Shown: positions 53,536-64,000 of the stretch, piece after piece
Numbering within the stretch: the stretch's first letter is position 1
How the letters are laid out: the number at the start of each line of letters is the position of its first letter
Origin: Octopus vulgaris
Lineage: Eukaryota
Reading direction: 5' to 3'
NCBI GenBank assembly: GCA_951406725.2
Contig: OX597818.1
Span: 46,810,001 to 46,874,000, forward strand
DNA length: 64,000 nucleotides
Program-made: the position numbers and the translations under genes
The notes under the pieces: generated by a model
Databases searched by the model: none
Seen by the model: the letters and a program-made list of their open reading frames with translations, nothing else
Told to the model about the DNA's origin: nothing

Positions 53536-54374
53536 AAGCCTAGAATAAGTACTAGGCTTACAAAGAATAAGTCTTGGGGTCGATTTTCTCGACTAAAGGC
53601 GACGCTCCAGCATAGCCACAGTCAAATGACTGAAACAAGTGAAAGAGTATGTGATTGTTTGAATTTAACATGATATTTTAGGGTAGGTGAGGGAAACCAG
53701 ATCTGGGTAGTTTGAACATAAAACAGGTAGAATATTTAGGCTGTATATGGCCAGTTTAAATGTTAAAGAGTGAAATTCAAAGGTCGAATGAAAGTAAGAA
53801 TTATCGTCATACAGTTACAAAGTTCTTTGAATATAATATACTGTTTCAAATTTTGATGCTAGATTGTATAAAGCTTATTTGGTAAAATTTTGAAAAGAAA
53901 TTCTGTTAACCATTTGAAACAAATTGAATTGATTAAAGTTAATTAGAGATGGTATGAGTTTAAATTTTAAATTCCTTATTTAAACAATAATGAAACTAAA
54001 AAATGAAATCACTGTAAATTTGGGCAAAACTATCAATGAAATTATATTGTTTACATTAGTAAAACATTTGTGATACAAAGAGAGTTTCTCTTCTGGGATT
54101 CCTGGGCCCCAAATAAATAGAAAATTTGGTTAAAAATGCCTTCAGAAATTTCCAGAATTGTATTCTTATTACCTGAGAATTCCTGGCTGTATAACTAAAA
54201 ACTAATATTGTTTTTAGGGAATTAGAATCAGCCTAATATTGCTATAAACTTTTCCATCATGTCTTACAATCATTGATTAAATGCAATTCATGACCCTACT
54301 CCATTTTTCATTTTTGATGTATTTAGTCTTTTTTTGTTGTAGACCTATGAAATTAATTGACAATATTTACATTC

Positions 54375-54605
54375 TTATTTCTTTATTGCCCACAAGGGGC
54401 AACACACAGAGAGGACAAACAAGGACAGACAAAGGGATTAAGTCGATTACATCGACCCCAGTGTGTAACTGGTACTTATTTAATCGACCCCGAAAGGATG
54501 AACAGCTAAGTCGACCTCAGCGGAATTTGAACTCAGAATGTAGCAGCAGACAAAATACTGCTAAGAATTTCGCCCGGCATGCTAACGTTTCTGCCAGCTT
54601 GCCAG
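54375..54605 (-). mobile_element. Family B SINE, young (CpGs retained)
   Basis: Reverse complement closely matches the 9571-9800 copy. Confidence 0.9.
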
Positions 54606-54627
54606 CTTCTTTTTTATATTCTTAAAG

Positions 54628-54793
54628 ACACACAGCCATAGCTGTAGGATTAGAAGCTTACTTCTCAGTCACATGGTTCTAGGTTCAATCCCACTATGTA
54701 GCACCTTGGACAACTATCTTCAATTATTGAGTTGGGCCAACCAAAGCCTTGTGAGTGGAGTGGATTTGGCAGACAGAAACTGAAAGAAATCTG

Positions 54794-54831
<38 letters not shown>

Positions 54832-55032
54832 GTGTGTGTGTGTGTTTGTCCCTCACCATCACTTGACAACCAGTGTTGGTGTGTTTACATCTCTGTAACT
54901 TAGCAGTTTGCCAAAAGTGACCAATAGAATAAGTACCAGGCTTTAAAAAAATAAGTAATGGTGTTAATTCATTCAATTAAAAATTCTTCGAGGCAATGCC
55001 CCAGCATGGCCACAGACCAATGACTGAAACAA
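54628..55032 (+). mobile_element. Family A SINE
   Basis: All blocks present, with internal (TA)n/(TG)n. Confidence 0.85.
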
Positions 55033-55089
55033 TTAGTAGATTAAAAAATACCTACTGCAGAAATTTTCTTCAGCAGACAGTTTTTGGTA

Positions 55090-55495
55090 ATAAGAGTTAT
55101 AATACAAACAGCAGAAATGGGATTCCTCCAAAGGATCTTTGAACTAATGTTACTCAACAGAGTGTATAATTCAGAGGCTCTCCTGTTAGAGCCACTACTT
55201 CTCTGAATTGAGAGATACAGCTCTGATACTTCAGGCAAATGGTAAGAATGTCTCAGTAAAGAATTGCTGGATAGGTTTTACGAACAAAAGCTAACTGGCA
55301 GAAGACTCAGGATAGATTGCAAAAAGGATGGTTGGATAACATTTATGAGCTTCATTGATCTTATTAGGGGATTCTGCCAAATCCATTGGAGACAGTTGAT
55401 TTTGACAGGACCTGATGGGAAGCATGCTTGTGGACTCTGTCCCCATGACCCTCTCAGGAATAAGTGGATGAAGAAAATGAGATGAAGAAGATGTA
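55090..55495 (+). mobile_element. Older RTE (Rex3/Expander-like) ORF 3' end
   Basis: AEMGFLQRI..LEPLLL*IER..MVRM..TGRR..GWLDNI pattern, frameshifted. Confidence 0.7.
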
Positions 55496-55570
55496 GATGC
55501 AGAATCTATATTTTGAATCTCATCCTTTGATGTACTTTCAAATTCATCGTCATCACTAGAAGAATCTTTT

Positions 55571-56016
55571 CATCATCATCATCATTTAATATCCACTTTC
55601 CATGCTAGCATGGGTTGGACGATTTGACTGAGGGCTGGCAAACCAGATGGCTGCATCAGGCTCCAATCTTGATCTGGCAGAGTTTCTACAGCTGGATGCC
55701 CTTCCTAACGCCAACCACTCCGAGAGTGTAGTGGGTGCTTTTTACATGCCACCGGCACGGGGGCTAGTCAGGTGGTACTGGCAACGACCTCGCTCGAATC
55801 TTTTTACACATGCCACTGGCACAAGTGCCAGTGGGTGATGCTGGTAACGATCACGCTCGAATGGTGCCTTTTACATGCCACTGGCACAGAAGCCAGTCAG
55901 CCACTCTGGCAACGATCATGCTCAGATGGTGCTCTTAGCACCCTACTAGCACTGGGCTCAAGTGCCAGTAAGGCGACGCTGGTAGTAAGGCGACGCTGGT
56001 AGTAAAGCGACGCTAG
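55571..56016 (-). mobile_element. RTE 3' end with hairpin units and a 17-bp triplication at its 5' junction
   Basis: (CAT)n, core and units; AGTAAGGCGACGCTGGT occurs three times at about 55967-56016. Confidence 0.88.
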
Positions 56017-56649
56017 TTTTGTTAAATTAATTTCAATGCAAACAATCAGATGAAGTCTGTGTGTATAGCACAATTGATAAGTACAGGATATCCCACAATG
56101 TTATTGCTGGGTTTCAGTTTTTAATAACTTGCGTAACTGTTGTGTGTTAGATAACAGCGTTCTGTGAATTGATAGTTGAAGGTAACAACTGTAAAACTAA
56201 ATTAAGGAAGACTTGAAAAAGAAAAGGACACTCAACACATTTAGTAGGAGATATTGTGTGTGTGTGTGTGTGAGTGTGTTAAGTTGATCTCAAGAGGACA
56301 AAGGAATACAACTGTAAAACTAAATTAAGGAAGACTTGAAATCAGATTTGAGAACATTTAGCTGCACTGATAAGAAAACATAGTTTATGGATTCACAGAG
56401 AGAAATGCAGTATTGCTAACCAGTTCAATTAATAGTGGATGTAAAGGACTGACGAATGGGAGGAGAATGCAAAGATGATGTGCAAAGAATTAGCATTTCA
56501 AAGCTTCATTGGATAGTCAAGTACAAAACGAAAAAAATATGCATATCAGTATGATCCTCCCTTAGGCCCCACTTGCTAACTGCTAAAAGTGAACTATAGA
56601 AAATTATGTCAGGTTATCAAGAAGTTTGCAACCAATGTGCTATCATTTA

Positions 56650-57062
56650 TCATCATCAGCATCATCATCATCATCGTTTAACGTCTGTTTTCCATGCTAG
56701 CATGGGTTGGACGGTTCAACTGGGGTCTGGGAAGCCAGAAGGCTGCACCAGGCTCAGTCTGATCTGGCAGTGATTCTACGGCTGGATGCCCTTCCAAACT
56801 CCAACCACTCCATGAGTGTAGTGGGTGCTTTTTACGTGTCACCGGCACAGGTGCCAGACGAGGCTGGCAAACGGCCATGATCAGATGGTGCTTTTTACGT
56901 GCCACCGGCATGGAGACCAGACGAAGCTGGCAACAGCCACGGTCGGATGGTGCCTTTTACGTGCCACCGGCACGGAAGCCAATCAGGGTGGCGCTGGCTA
57001 TAGCCACATTCGGATGGTTCTCTCACATGCCACCAGCACTGGTATCACAGCTACAAATTCCA
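56650..57062 (-). mobile_element. RTE 3' end with hairpin units
   Basis: Closely related to the 61320-61948 copy. Confidence 0.88.
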
Positions 57063-57074
57063 TTATATATTAGT

Positions 57075-57340
57075 ATCAGTAAGTCTTTCTTACTGCCAAC
57101 AACATAGAAGCCAAGGAACTTAAAGTCACTGACTTCCTTGAACTGTGTGTCACCATTGAAATAAATTAGTAAATGGCATTCATCTTCACTGACGATCGTA
57201 TACTCTCTTTTCTTTGGATTGGAAAATAGACTGGTCTTGGTTGTAGTGCTCTCAAAGGACATTAACAAGCTTTGAGCATCACACAGTTGATGGGCTGTGA
57301 AGGGAAGATCAACAGCATAGTCAAGGCCAGAGAAATACAG
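57075..57340 (-). mobile_element. RTE/RTEX reverse transcriptase fragment
   Basis: GLDYAVDL..AQSLL..NPKKREY..KEVSDFKFLG (degenerate YADD and FKYLG motifs). Confidence 0.75.
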
Positions 57341-57841
57341 ATTCTATTGATGTCTTGGTCACATAATATTGTAATATAATCAAGTTTATATTTTTAATTG
57401 GCAGTATTTACATTAATGTTTGTTTCTTGATAATATCCGTTCAAAGTATAAACCAGCAAAACCTACATAAAAGCCAACAGCTTACATGTGCACATGGGTG
57501 TGTGCGCATGCATGCATGTGTGCATGTGTGCAAGTAAGCACTTAAGAAGAGTGATTAAGAGGGAGAAGAGAATGCTCATTACTGACAGCTGAGAGGAAAC
57601 ATTGCTCAAGAAACCAACAATAGAATCAAACCCAGAAACTCATGATTGTTAAGGGAGCTTTTTAACCACTTAATCAAGTCACACCCATACTCTTTATATG
57701 TATTGTGTGTATGTGCAAGTGTGTGTGTATGTGTGTATTTGTATGTATATACATATATATACACACACATATATATACACACACACACACACATATATAT
57801 ATATACACATGTATACATATAGATATAGATATAAATATATA

Positions 57842-57875
<34 letters not shown>

Positions 57876-57954
57876 CAAGTGAGTGGACAAACAAAAGAAA
57901 AGGGCACTCAGCACATTTAGTAGGAGATATTACACACACACACGTGTGTGTGTG

Positions 57955-58503
57955 TGGAGGTGCGTGGCTTTGTGGTTAGGGCATCAGCATCATGATCGTA
58001 AGATTGTGGTTTCGATTCCTGGACCAGGCGACGCGTTGTGTTCTTGAGCAAAACACTTCATTTTACGTTGCTCCAGTCCACTCAGCTGGCAAAAATGAGT
58101 AATGCTGCCATGGACTGGCGTCCCATCCAGCTGGGGAACACACACGCCATAGAAACTGGGAGACTGGGCCCATGAGCCTGGCTAGGCTTTAAAAAGGGTG
58201 CATTTATTTTATTTATATATATCACCAATGCCTTGTGAGTGGATTTGGTAGACGGAAACTGAAAGAAGCCTGTCGCATATATGTATATATTTATGTTTGT
58301 GTGTTTGTGTGTCTGTGTTTGTCCCCCTAGCATTGCTTGACAACCGATGCTGTTGTGTTTACGTCCCCGTCACTTAGCGGTTCGGCAAAAGAGACCGATA
58401 GAATAAGTACTGGGCTTACAAAAGAATAAGTCCCGGGGGTCGATTTGCTCGACTAAAGGCGATGCTCCAGCATGGCCGCAGTCAAATGACTGAAACAAGT
58501 ACA
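57955..58503 (+). mobile_element. Family E SINE followed by a 5'-truncated family A SINE
   Basis: Family E head, CORE and V-like ATGGACTGGCGTCCCATCCAG to about 58215, then the family A body. Confidence 0.88.
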
Positions 58504-59392
58504 AAAAAAAAAATATATATATATATATGTTAAGCTGATCTCAGAAGGACAAAAGAATGCAACAAAAGATGCTGTGCTGGAGAGGAGCCATCCAATCCAT
58601 GCAAACAGAGAAATCGACATAATATTAGGAGGATTACAATGAAGACAATACAATAATGATGTCATTCTGGTTCTCTGTCATTACTTAATGTTCAATTTCC
58701 CTCTCATTCTTGCCTGCTTTCTGCCTAGTTGTGTGAGAAAGGAAACAAATGTATATACAGAGACGTAAAGAGTCAGAGGGAACATTCTTTTTCTTTGCAT
58801 GGAACTACAAAACCTCTTTAGTGCAGGTACCATGACACAATGCTCCTAGTACACTTTGTAAAGTGTTTGGTAAATGAATGGAAACAACATATCACCAATA
58901 AGGGATTAGTGATGGAAAAGGCCTTCAATTACTGAAACCACACCAAAAATGGAATGTACAAACAAGACATGGTCCCTAACCAGTCTAAGAGAGCAGTAAT
59001 GCCAATGAAGAATTGACTCAGACAATAACAACCCATCCGACCCATGCCAGCATGTAAAAGTGGATGTAAAATAGTAACGCTACCTCACAATACTCTCATG
59101 AAGATCTATTGGCAGAGCTGTCTTTTATACTTTCTCTCACATTTCAATCCTAGAGCTCAGTAACTTGTATACATATTTTCTTCTGCAGTTTACATTCCTT
59201 GACCCTTTTCTATGAAGGATGAACATCCAAATCCCTGGCTAATTTTGTAAATATAGAGACCTCAAAACATCTTCAATGAGGTCCTTACTAATTTTTGGCT
59301 GGTGTGAGGCTTAGTCTGGAGGAAGGGACTGTGGTCATGGCTTTTGCCAGTGAAATTAAACTTGAAATTAAACAAGACCAGTGAAACAAGAC

Positions 59393-59612
59393 CATGCTTT
59401 CTGAGAGTCGCCAACACTACACCTGATTTTCTCAAAACTTCCATGCTTTCTGAGATTCGCCAACACTACACCTGATTTTCTCCCCTCCATACATACACAA
59501 ACATGTATCTGACTCATGCATTGTTTGCTTTCCAGACATTTGTACTATACTCTGACAAGTTGTGGTGCACCTGAGCACTGTATACAATAATTTCATTATT
59601 ATTACTATTATT
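59393..59612 (+). mobile_element. CR1 3' tip (same family as 40950-41530) with a duplicated 5' junction
   Basis: CCATGCTTTCTGAGAKTCGCCAACACTACACCTGATTTTCTC occurs twice, then the CR1 UTR. Confidence 0.85.
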
Positions 59613-60367
59613 AAATTAAACTTGGTCCTCTTCAACAGTTCAAAACACAGTACACCCCATTACACCTACCAAGAAAACTAATCTCAACACTGTACCATCG
59701 CATGAATAATCACACCTCAAAAAAATTAAAGCTAGAACCCTTTGACAGGTTCATTTTGATGAGTGAATGAGAGAGCCTTTATATGGTTACATGATCTGCT
59801 AGAAATAATAGTGAAGTCTCCTTTAAATCACAACCAAACATTTTAAATAAGTAAAGGGTACATGAAATATTGTGGCTCTGCATACTTCTAAAAAAGCAGG
59901 AAGGGTTACAGTCGGAATGCCTTTGATCATAGGGGTACTTGACTGGGAATAAACAAACCTATTGGGAAGCTCACATACAGCACAAAACTGCATAATAAAG
60001 ATGAGCTTTCTTTTCAGAGATAAAAACAGCTAAGTCATGGACTGGGGTTAACTACTTACAAAAGCCAAATGCTTCTGAAAAGGAACCTTTACTAGATATA
60101 ATTAATGTATCCAAATCAGAGAAGGAAGCTAAACATGACCTGTTCAACCTGCTAGAAATAGCTACCAAATCTCAACTTGTTGGATAACATGATCTTGGGT
60201 TCCCCACACAAAAGAACAGGATGGGATGATAAAAGCTGGAATGCTTTTAATAAGTATGTTTGATCAAGGTTGACCTGATCAACAAATTTATGACCCTGGG
60301 TTGAACAATCACAGCAGTATGGACATGCATATTCCAGGTAACACCCAAGAAATGTCTCTATAAATAG

Positions 60368-60667
60368 ATGGAAGCACTCCGTCGGTTCCGACGACGAGGG
60401 TTCCGGTTGATCCGAATCAACGGAACAGCCTGCTCGTGAAATTAACGTGTAAGTGGCTGAGCACTCCACAGACATGTGTATCCTTAACGTAGTTCTCAGG
60501 GATATTCAGCGTGACACAGAGAGTGACAAGGCCGGCCCCTTGAAATACAGGTACAACAGAAACAGGAAGTAAGAGTGAGAGAAAGTTGTGGTGAAAGAGT
60601 ACAGCAGGGATCACCACCATCCCCTGCCGGAGCCTCGTGGGGCTTTTAGGTGTTTTCGCTCAATAAA
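60368..60667 (-). mobile_element. Family F SINE-like element sharing its body with family D, headless, different tail
   Basis: Minus strand TTGAGCGAAAACACCTAAAAGCCCCACGAGGCTCCGGCAG..ACTCTTTCACCACAACTTTCTCTCACTCTT matches the family D middle. Confidence 0.75.
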
Positions 60668-60837
60668 CCTATTGAGTACTTGACAGTACTTGACAAGTAT
60701 TATCTCATCGTGGGCATGTATCCTTGTTGTTTTCGTATTTGGTGCCACAATTCCTGGTATGTTATCTTTCCCTAAACCTGTGAAGTAAATTAAAAGATGC
60801 TCATGGAAATAACAACATTCATGAATTAGTCTTTAAT

Positions 60838-61075
60838 TCTTTTACTTGTTTCAGTCATTTGACTGCGGCCATGCTAGAGCACCACCTTGGAAGGGTTTTT
60901 TAGTCCAACAATTAGTCCAACAAATTGACCCCAAGACTTATTTTTTTAAGCCTAGTACTTATTCTTTTGCTCTCTTTTGCCAAACTGTTAAGTTACCAGG
61001 ACATAAACAACCAACACCAGTTGTCAAGCAGTGATGGGGGGGAGGGACAAACACAGACACCACGACACATATACA
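60838..61075 (-). mobile_element. Family A SINE 3' half; the 5' half appears at 61955-62113
   Basis: The two halves are colinear and separated at the internal (TA)n by PLE and RTE insertions. Confidence 0.75.
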
Positions 61076-61096
61076 TATATATATATATATATACAA

Positions 61097-61302
61097 AGTT
61101 AATCCAAACAAGAAAACAAAAAGACAACAACGGGAGGATGTGGAACAAATAAAGTATTATTGGACGCTCAGGAAAGAAGGGAAGAAGGAGGGTATGACGT
61201 TTCAAGTGGAGCTCTTCGTCGGAAACATAGGAGAAAGAAAGATCATGAGGCGGGAGGACAGAGGGAAAAAAAATTGCAGGTAGTCTTCACGAGGTCACAT
61301 AC
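61097..61302 (-). mobile_element. Penelope-like 3' terminal fragment with a degenerate hammerhead core
   Basis: Minus strand TTTCCGACGAAGAGCTCCACTTGAAACGTC in pyrimidine-rich sequence, flanked by (TA)n. Confidence 0.55.
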
Positions 61303-61319
61303 TATATATATATATATGT

Positions 61320-61948
61320 AAAGACCCGTTGAGGCAAGTGAAAATCAAAATCAAAATCAAACCAAATCAAATCAGATATCAGAAAGCAGAACCAAAATTG
61401 AAGTCGATCAACATCAATGGAAATTGCAGCTGTGATACCAGTGCCGGTGACAAGTAAGCGAACCATCCGATTGTGGCCATTGCCAGCACCGCCCCGACTG
61501 GCCTCCATGCCGGTGGCACATAAAAAGCACCATCTGTTCGTGGCCGTTGCCAGCCTCGCCTGGCCCCCGTGCCGATGGCACGTAGCACCATCCGTTCGTG
61601 GCCATTGCCAGCCTCATCTGGCCCCCGTGCCGGTGGCACGTAAAAAGCACCATCCGATCATGGCCGTTGCCAGCCTCGCCTGGCCCCCGTGCCGGTGGCA
61701 CGTAAAAAGCACCATCCGTCCGTGGCCGTTTGCCAGCTCCATCTGGCACCTGAGTGGGTGGCATGTAAAAAGCACCCACTACACTCACGGAGTGGTTGGC
61801 GTTATGAAGGGCATCCAGCCGTAGAAACACTGCCAGATCAGACTGGGCCTGATGCAGCCTTCAGGCTTCACAGACCCCAGTTGAACCGTCCAACTCATGC
61901 TAGCATGGAAAGCGGATGCTAAATGATGATGATGATGATGATGATGAT
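61320..61948 (+). mobile_element. Young RTE 3' UTR with six units of about 62 bp and (GAT)n tail
   Basis: Units start at 61441, 61507, 61569, 61627, 61689 and 61752; CpGs retained. Confidence 0.9.
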
Positions 61949-62439
61949 ATATATACAATGGGCTTCTTTCAGTTTCCATCTAACAGATCCACTCACAAGG
62001 CTTTGGTCAGCCCAAGGCTATAGTAGAAGACACCTGCTCAAGGTGCCATGCAGTGGGACAGAACCCAGAACCATGTGGTTGGGAAACAAGCTTCTTACCA
62101 CTCAGCCACACCTATACAATTTTTACCTTTTATTTCACACACACTAACAGAAAATATACCTTTTCAGAACATGGTAAAATAATTTAATAGTAGTCGAGTT
62201 AAGTGGAATTGTGGCCATCTATACATATAGACATGTTCCTCTGTCGGTTGACAGGTCCTTGTCTTGCAGGTTCACAGGTGCAGGTGCCATGCAAAAAGCA
62301 CCTGTGCTGGTACCATGTAGAAAGCATTTGTATCAGTGCCATGCAAATAGCGCCCATGCAAGTGCCCCATAAAAAGCACCTGTATTGTTTCCACATAAAA
62401 AGCACCCATGCCACTGCCATGTATAAGGCACCATACTTG

Positions 62440-62790
62440 TGCCATGTAAAAAGTACCCAGTATATTCTGTAAAGCGGTTGGCATTATGAAGGGCTTGTAC
62501 CATGTAAAAAGCACCCAGTACACTCTGTAAAGCGATTGGCATTATGAAGGGCTTGTGCCATGTAAAAAGCACCCAGTACATTCTGTAAAGCGGTTGGCAT
62601 TATGAAGGGCTTGTGCCATGTAAAAAGCACCCAGTACACTCTGTAAAGCGGTTGGCATTATGAAGGGCTTGTACCATGTAAAAAGCACCCAGTACACTCT
62701 GTAAAGCAGTTGGCATTATGAAGGGCTTGTACCATGTAAGAAGCACCCAGTACACTCTGTAAAGCGGTCAGCATTATGAAGGGCATCCAG
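62440..62790 (+). repeat. 58-bp minisatellite, 6 copies, derived from the RTE 3' UTR core
   Basis: CATGTAA recurs at 62443, 62501, 62559, 62617, 62675 and 62733; the last copy continues as AAGGGCATCCAGCC. Confidence 0.95.
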
Positions 62791-63122
62791 CCATTGAAAC
62801 TGCTAAAACAGACAACTGGAGCCTGTGCAGCTCTCTGTTTGGCCAGCTCCTATCAAACTGATCTTTATTCTTTATACTAATCAGTTGAATGGCCTTTCTC
62901 TGAATGTAGTTTAAGATGTCTGTATGGCCATCTATGCGTAGCTCATCCAGTAACATCATCGAGGATGTGTAAGCAATATTTTATTGTATGCTTCAACTGA
63001 ACTTTGTGGAATATCAGTAATTATTGAGGAATGTATTTTTTTGATCCAAGGAGTAGGACTAATTATAGGTATGCAGACCTAGCTATGTTAAGGATGTACT
63101 TTCACCTGGAGAAATCCTCTAT

Positions 63123-63425
63123 GTGGAGGCACATGGCCTAGTGGTTAGAGCAGTGGACTCACGGTCGAGGGATCGCGGGTTCGAATCTCAGACCGGGTGA
63201 TGCGTGTATTTATGAGTGAAATACCTAACTCCACGCAGCTCTGGCAGAAGGTAATGGCGAACTTCTGCTGACTCTTTCGCCACAACTTTCTTTCACTCTT
63301 TCCTCCTGCATTTTGCAGCTCACCTGCGATGGACCGGCATCCCGTCCAGGTGGGGAACCTATATGCCAAGGAAACCGGGAAACCAGCTGTTATGAGCCAG
63401 GCATAGCTCGAGAAGGAACAAGCAA
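63123..63425 (+). mobile_element. Family D SINE, full length
   Basis: A box TGGCCTAGTGG, B box GGGTTCGAATC, V-like CCTGCGATGGACCGGCATCCCGTCCAGG. Confidence 0.9.
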
Positions 63426-63540
63426 ACTATGATAGTAAAATGTGATCATTTAGAGTGTTCGTGAAGACTCAAGTAACACACTGTTCATGTTAAAGGGATT
63501 GAAGGATATGATGACACTTTCTTAATATGAGTAGTGTGTT

Positions 63541-63755
63541 TAAGGTAGCAAGCTGGCAGAATTGTTAGCATGCCAGGCAAAATACTCAGTAGAATTTCGT
63601 TTGTCTGTATGTTTTGAGTTCAAATTTCACCGAGGTCGACATTACCTTTCATCCTTTTATAGTTGATAAAATAAGTACTAGTTGAGCACTGGGCTTATGT
63701 AATAGACTATCCACATCCTTCAAATTTTCAAGCTTTGTACCTATAGGAGAAAGGC
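63541..63755 (+). mobile_element. Family B SINE
   Basis: Head and CCGAGGTCGAC..CCTTTCATCC core. Confidence 0.8.
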
Positions 63756-63849
63756 ATCTGTGCAATGTGCTTGTGTTTTTTGCTATTGAAAATTCAAGAT
63801 AAGCATATCTTCATTGGAAGAAGTTTTTGAGGTCCCTCTTAATGGAATC

Positions 63850-64000
63850 AAGGCAGGTTTGATATGTGATATATAGATTGCATTTGGATGATGCATGGTT
63901 AAAGAAGATTGTAAATATTGCTGAGTGTGATGGCAAGAAGAGAGAAGGGAACAAACCTGAACTCTCAGGTACACCAGAGTTAAGTGAGACTGGCACAAAA
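63850..64000 (-). mobile_element. LINE reverse transcriptase fragment (CR1/Jockey-like)
   Basis: SLNSGVPESSGLFPSLFL (cf. SGVPQGSVLSPTLF). Confidence 0.45.

Noticed and set aside
61441-61790. CRISPR-like appearance (palindromic repeat plus spacers)
   Set aside because: The spacers are homologous to each other, the array sits in a LINE 3' UTR, there are no cas genes, and the context is eukaryotic.
63123-63200. Possible tRNA gene (also 43431, 27729, 53046)
   Set aside because: The A/B boxes continue into SINE bodies, some with TSDs, and there is no acceptor stem or terminator.

Overview
AT-rich, repeat-dense animal genomic DNA. The mix of SINE, RTE, Dong/R4 and Penelope families resembles what I recall from octopus (coleoid cephalopod) genomes; this is an inference, not a search result. 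No complete host CDS, rRNA, true tRNA or CRISPR array is visible, and nearly all ORF-track entries are microsatellite or repeat artefacts. The window holds decayed hAT and mariner transposases, piggyBac-type MITEs, several tRNA-derived SINE families, many 5'-truncated RTE LINE ends with hairpin-unit arrays in the 3' UTR, and CR1, Tx1 and Penelope fragments. Restriction-like-endonuclease (RLE) retrotransposons pile up at (TAA)n tracts between about 46 and 54 kb. A CpG-retaining region at about 35.4-39.8 kb suggests a promoter, and several short minus-strand exon candidates suggest a long-intron gene running leftwards. Best leads: a TSD-flanked Penelope-type mini-element carrying a minimal hammerhead fold with a swapped G3-C8 core pair (904-954, minus); variable-copy double-hairpin arrays in RTE 3' UTRs; two locally templated insertions. 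All alignments and translations were done by eye, so repeat boundaries are approximate.
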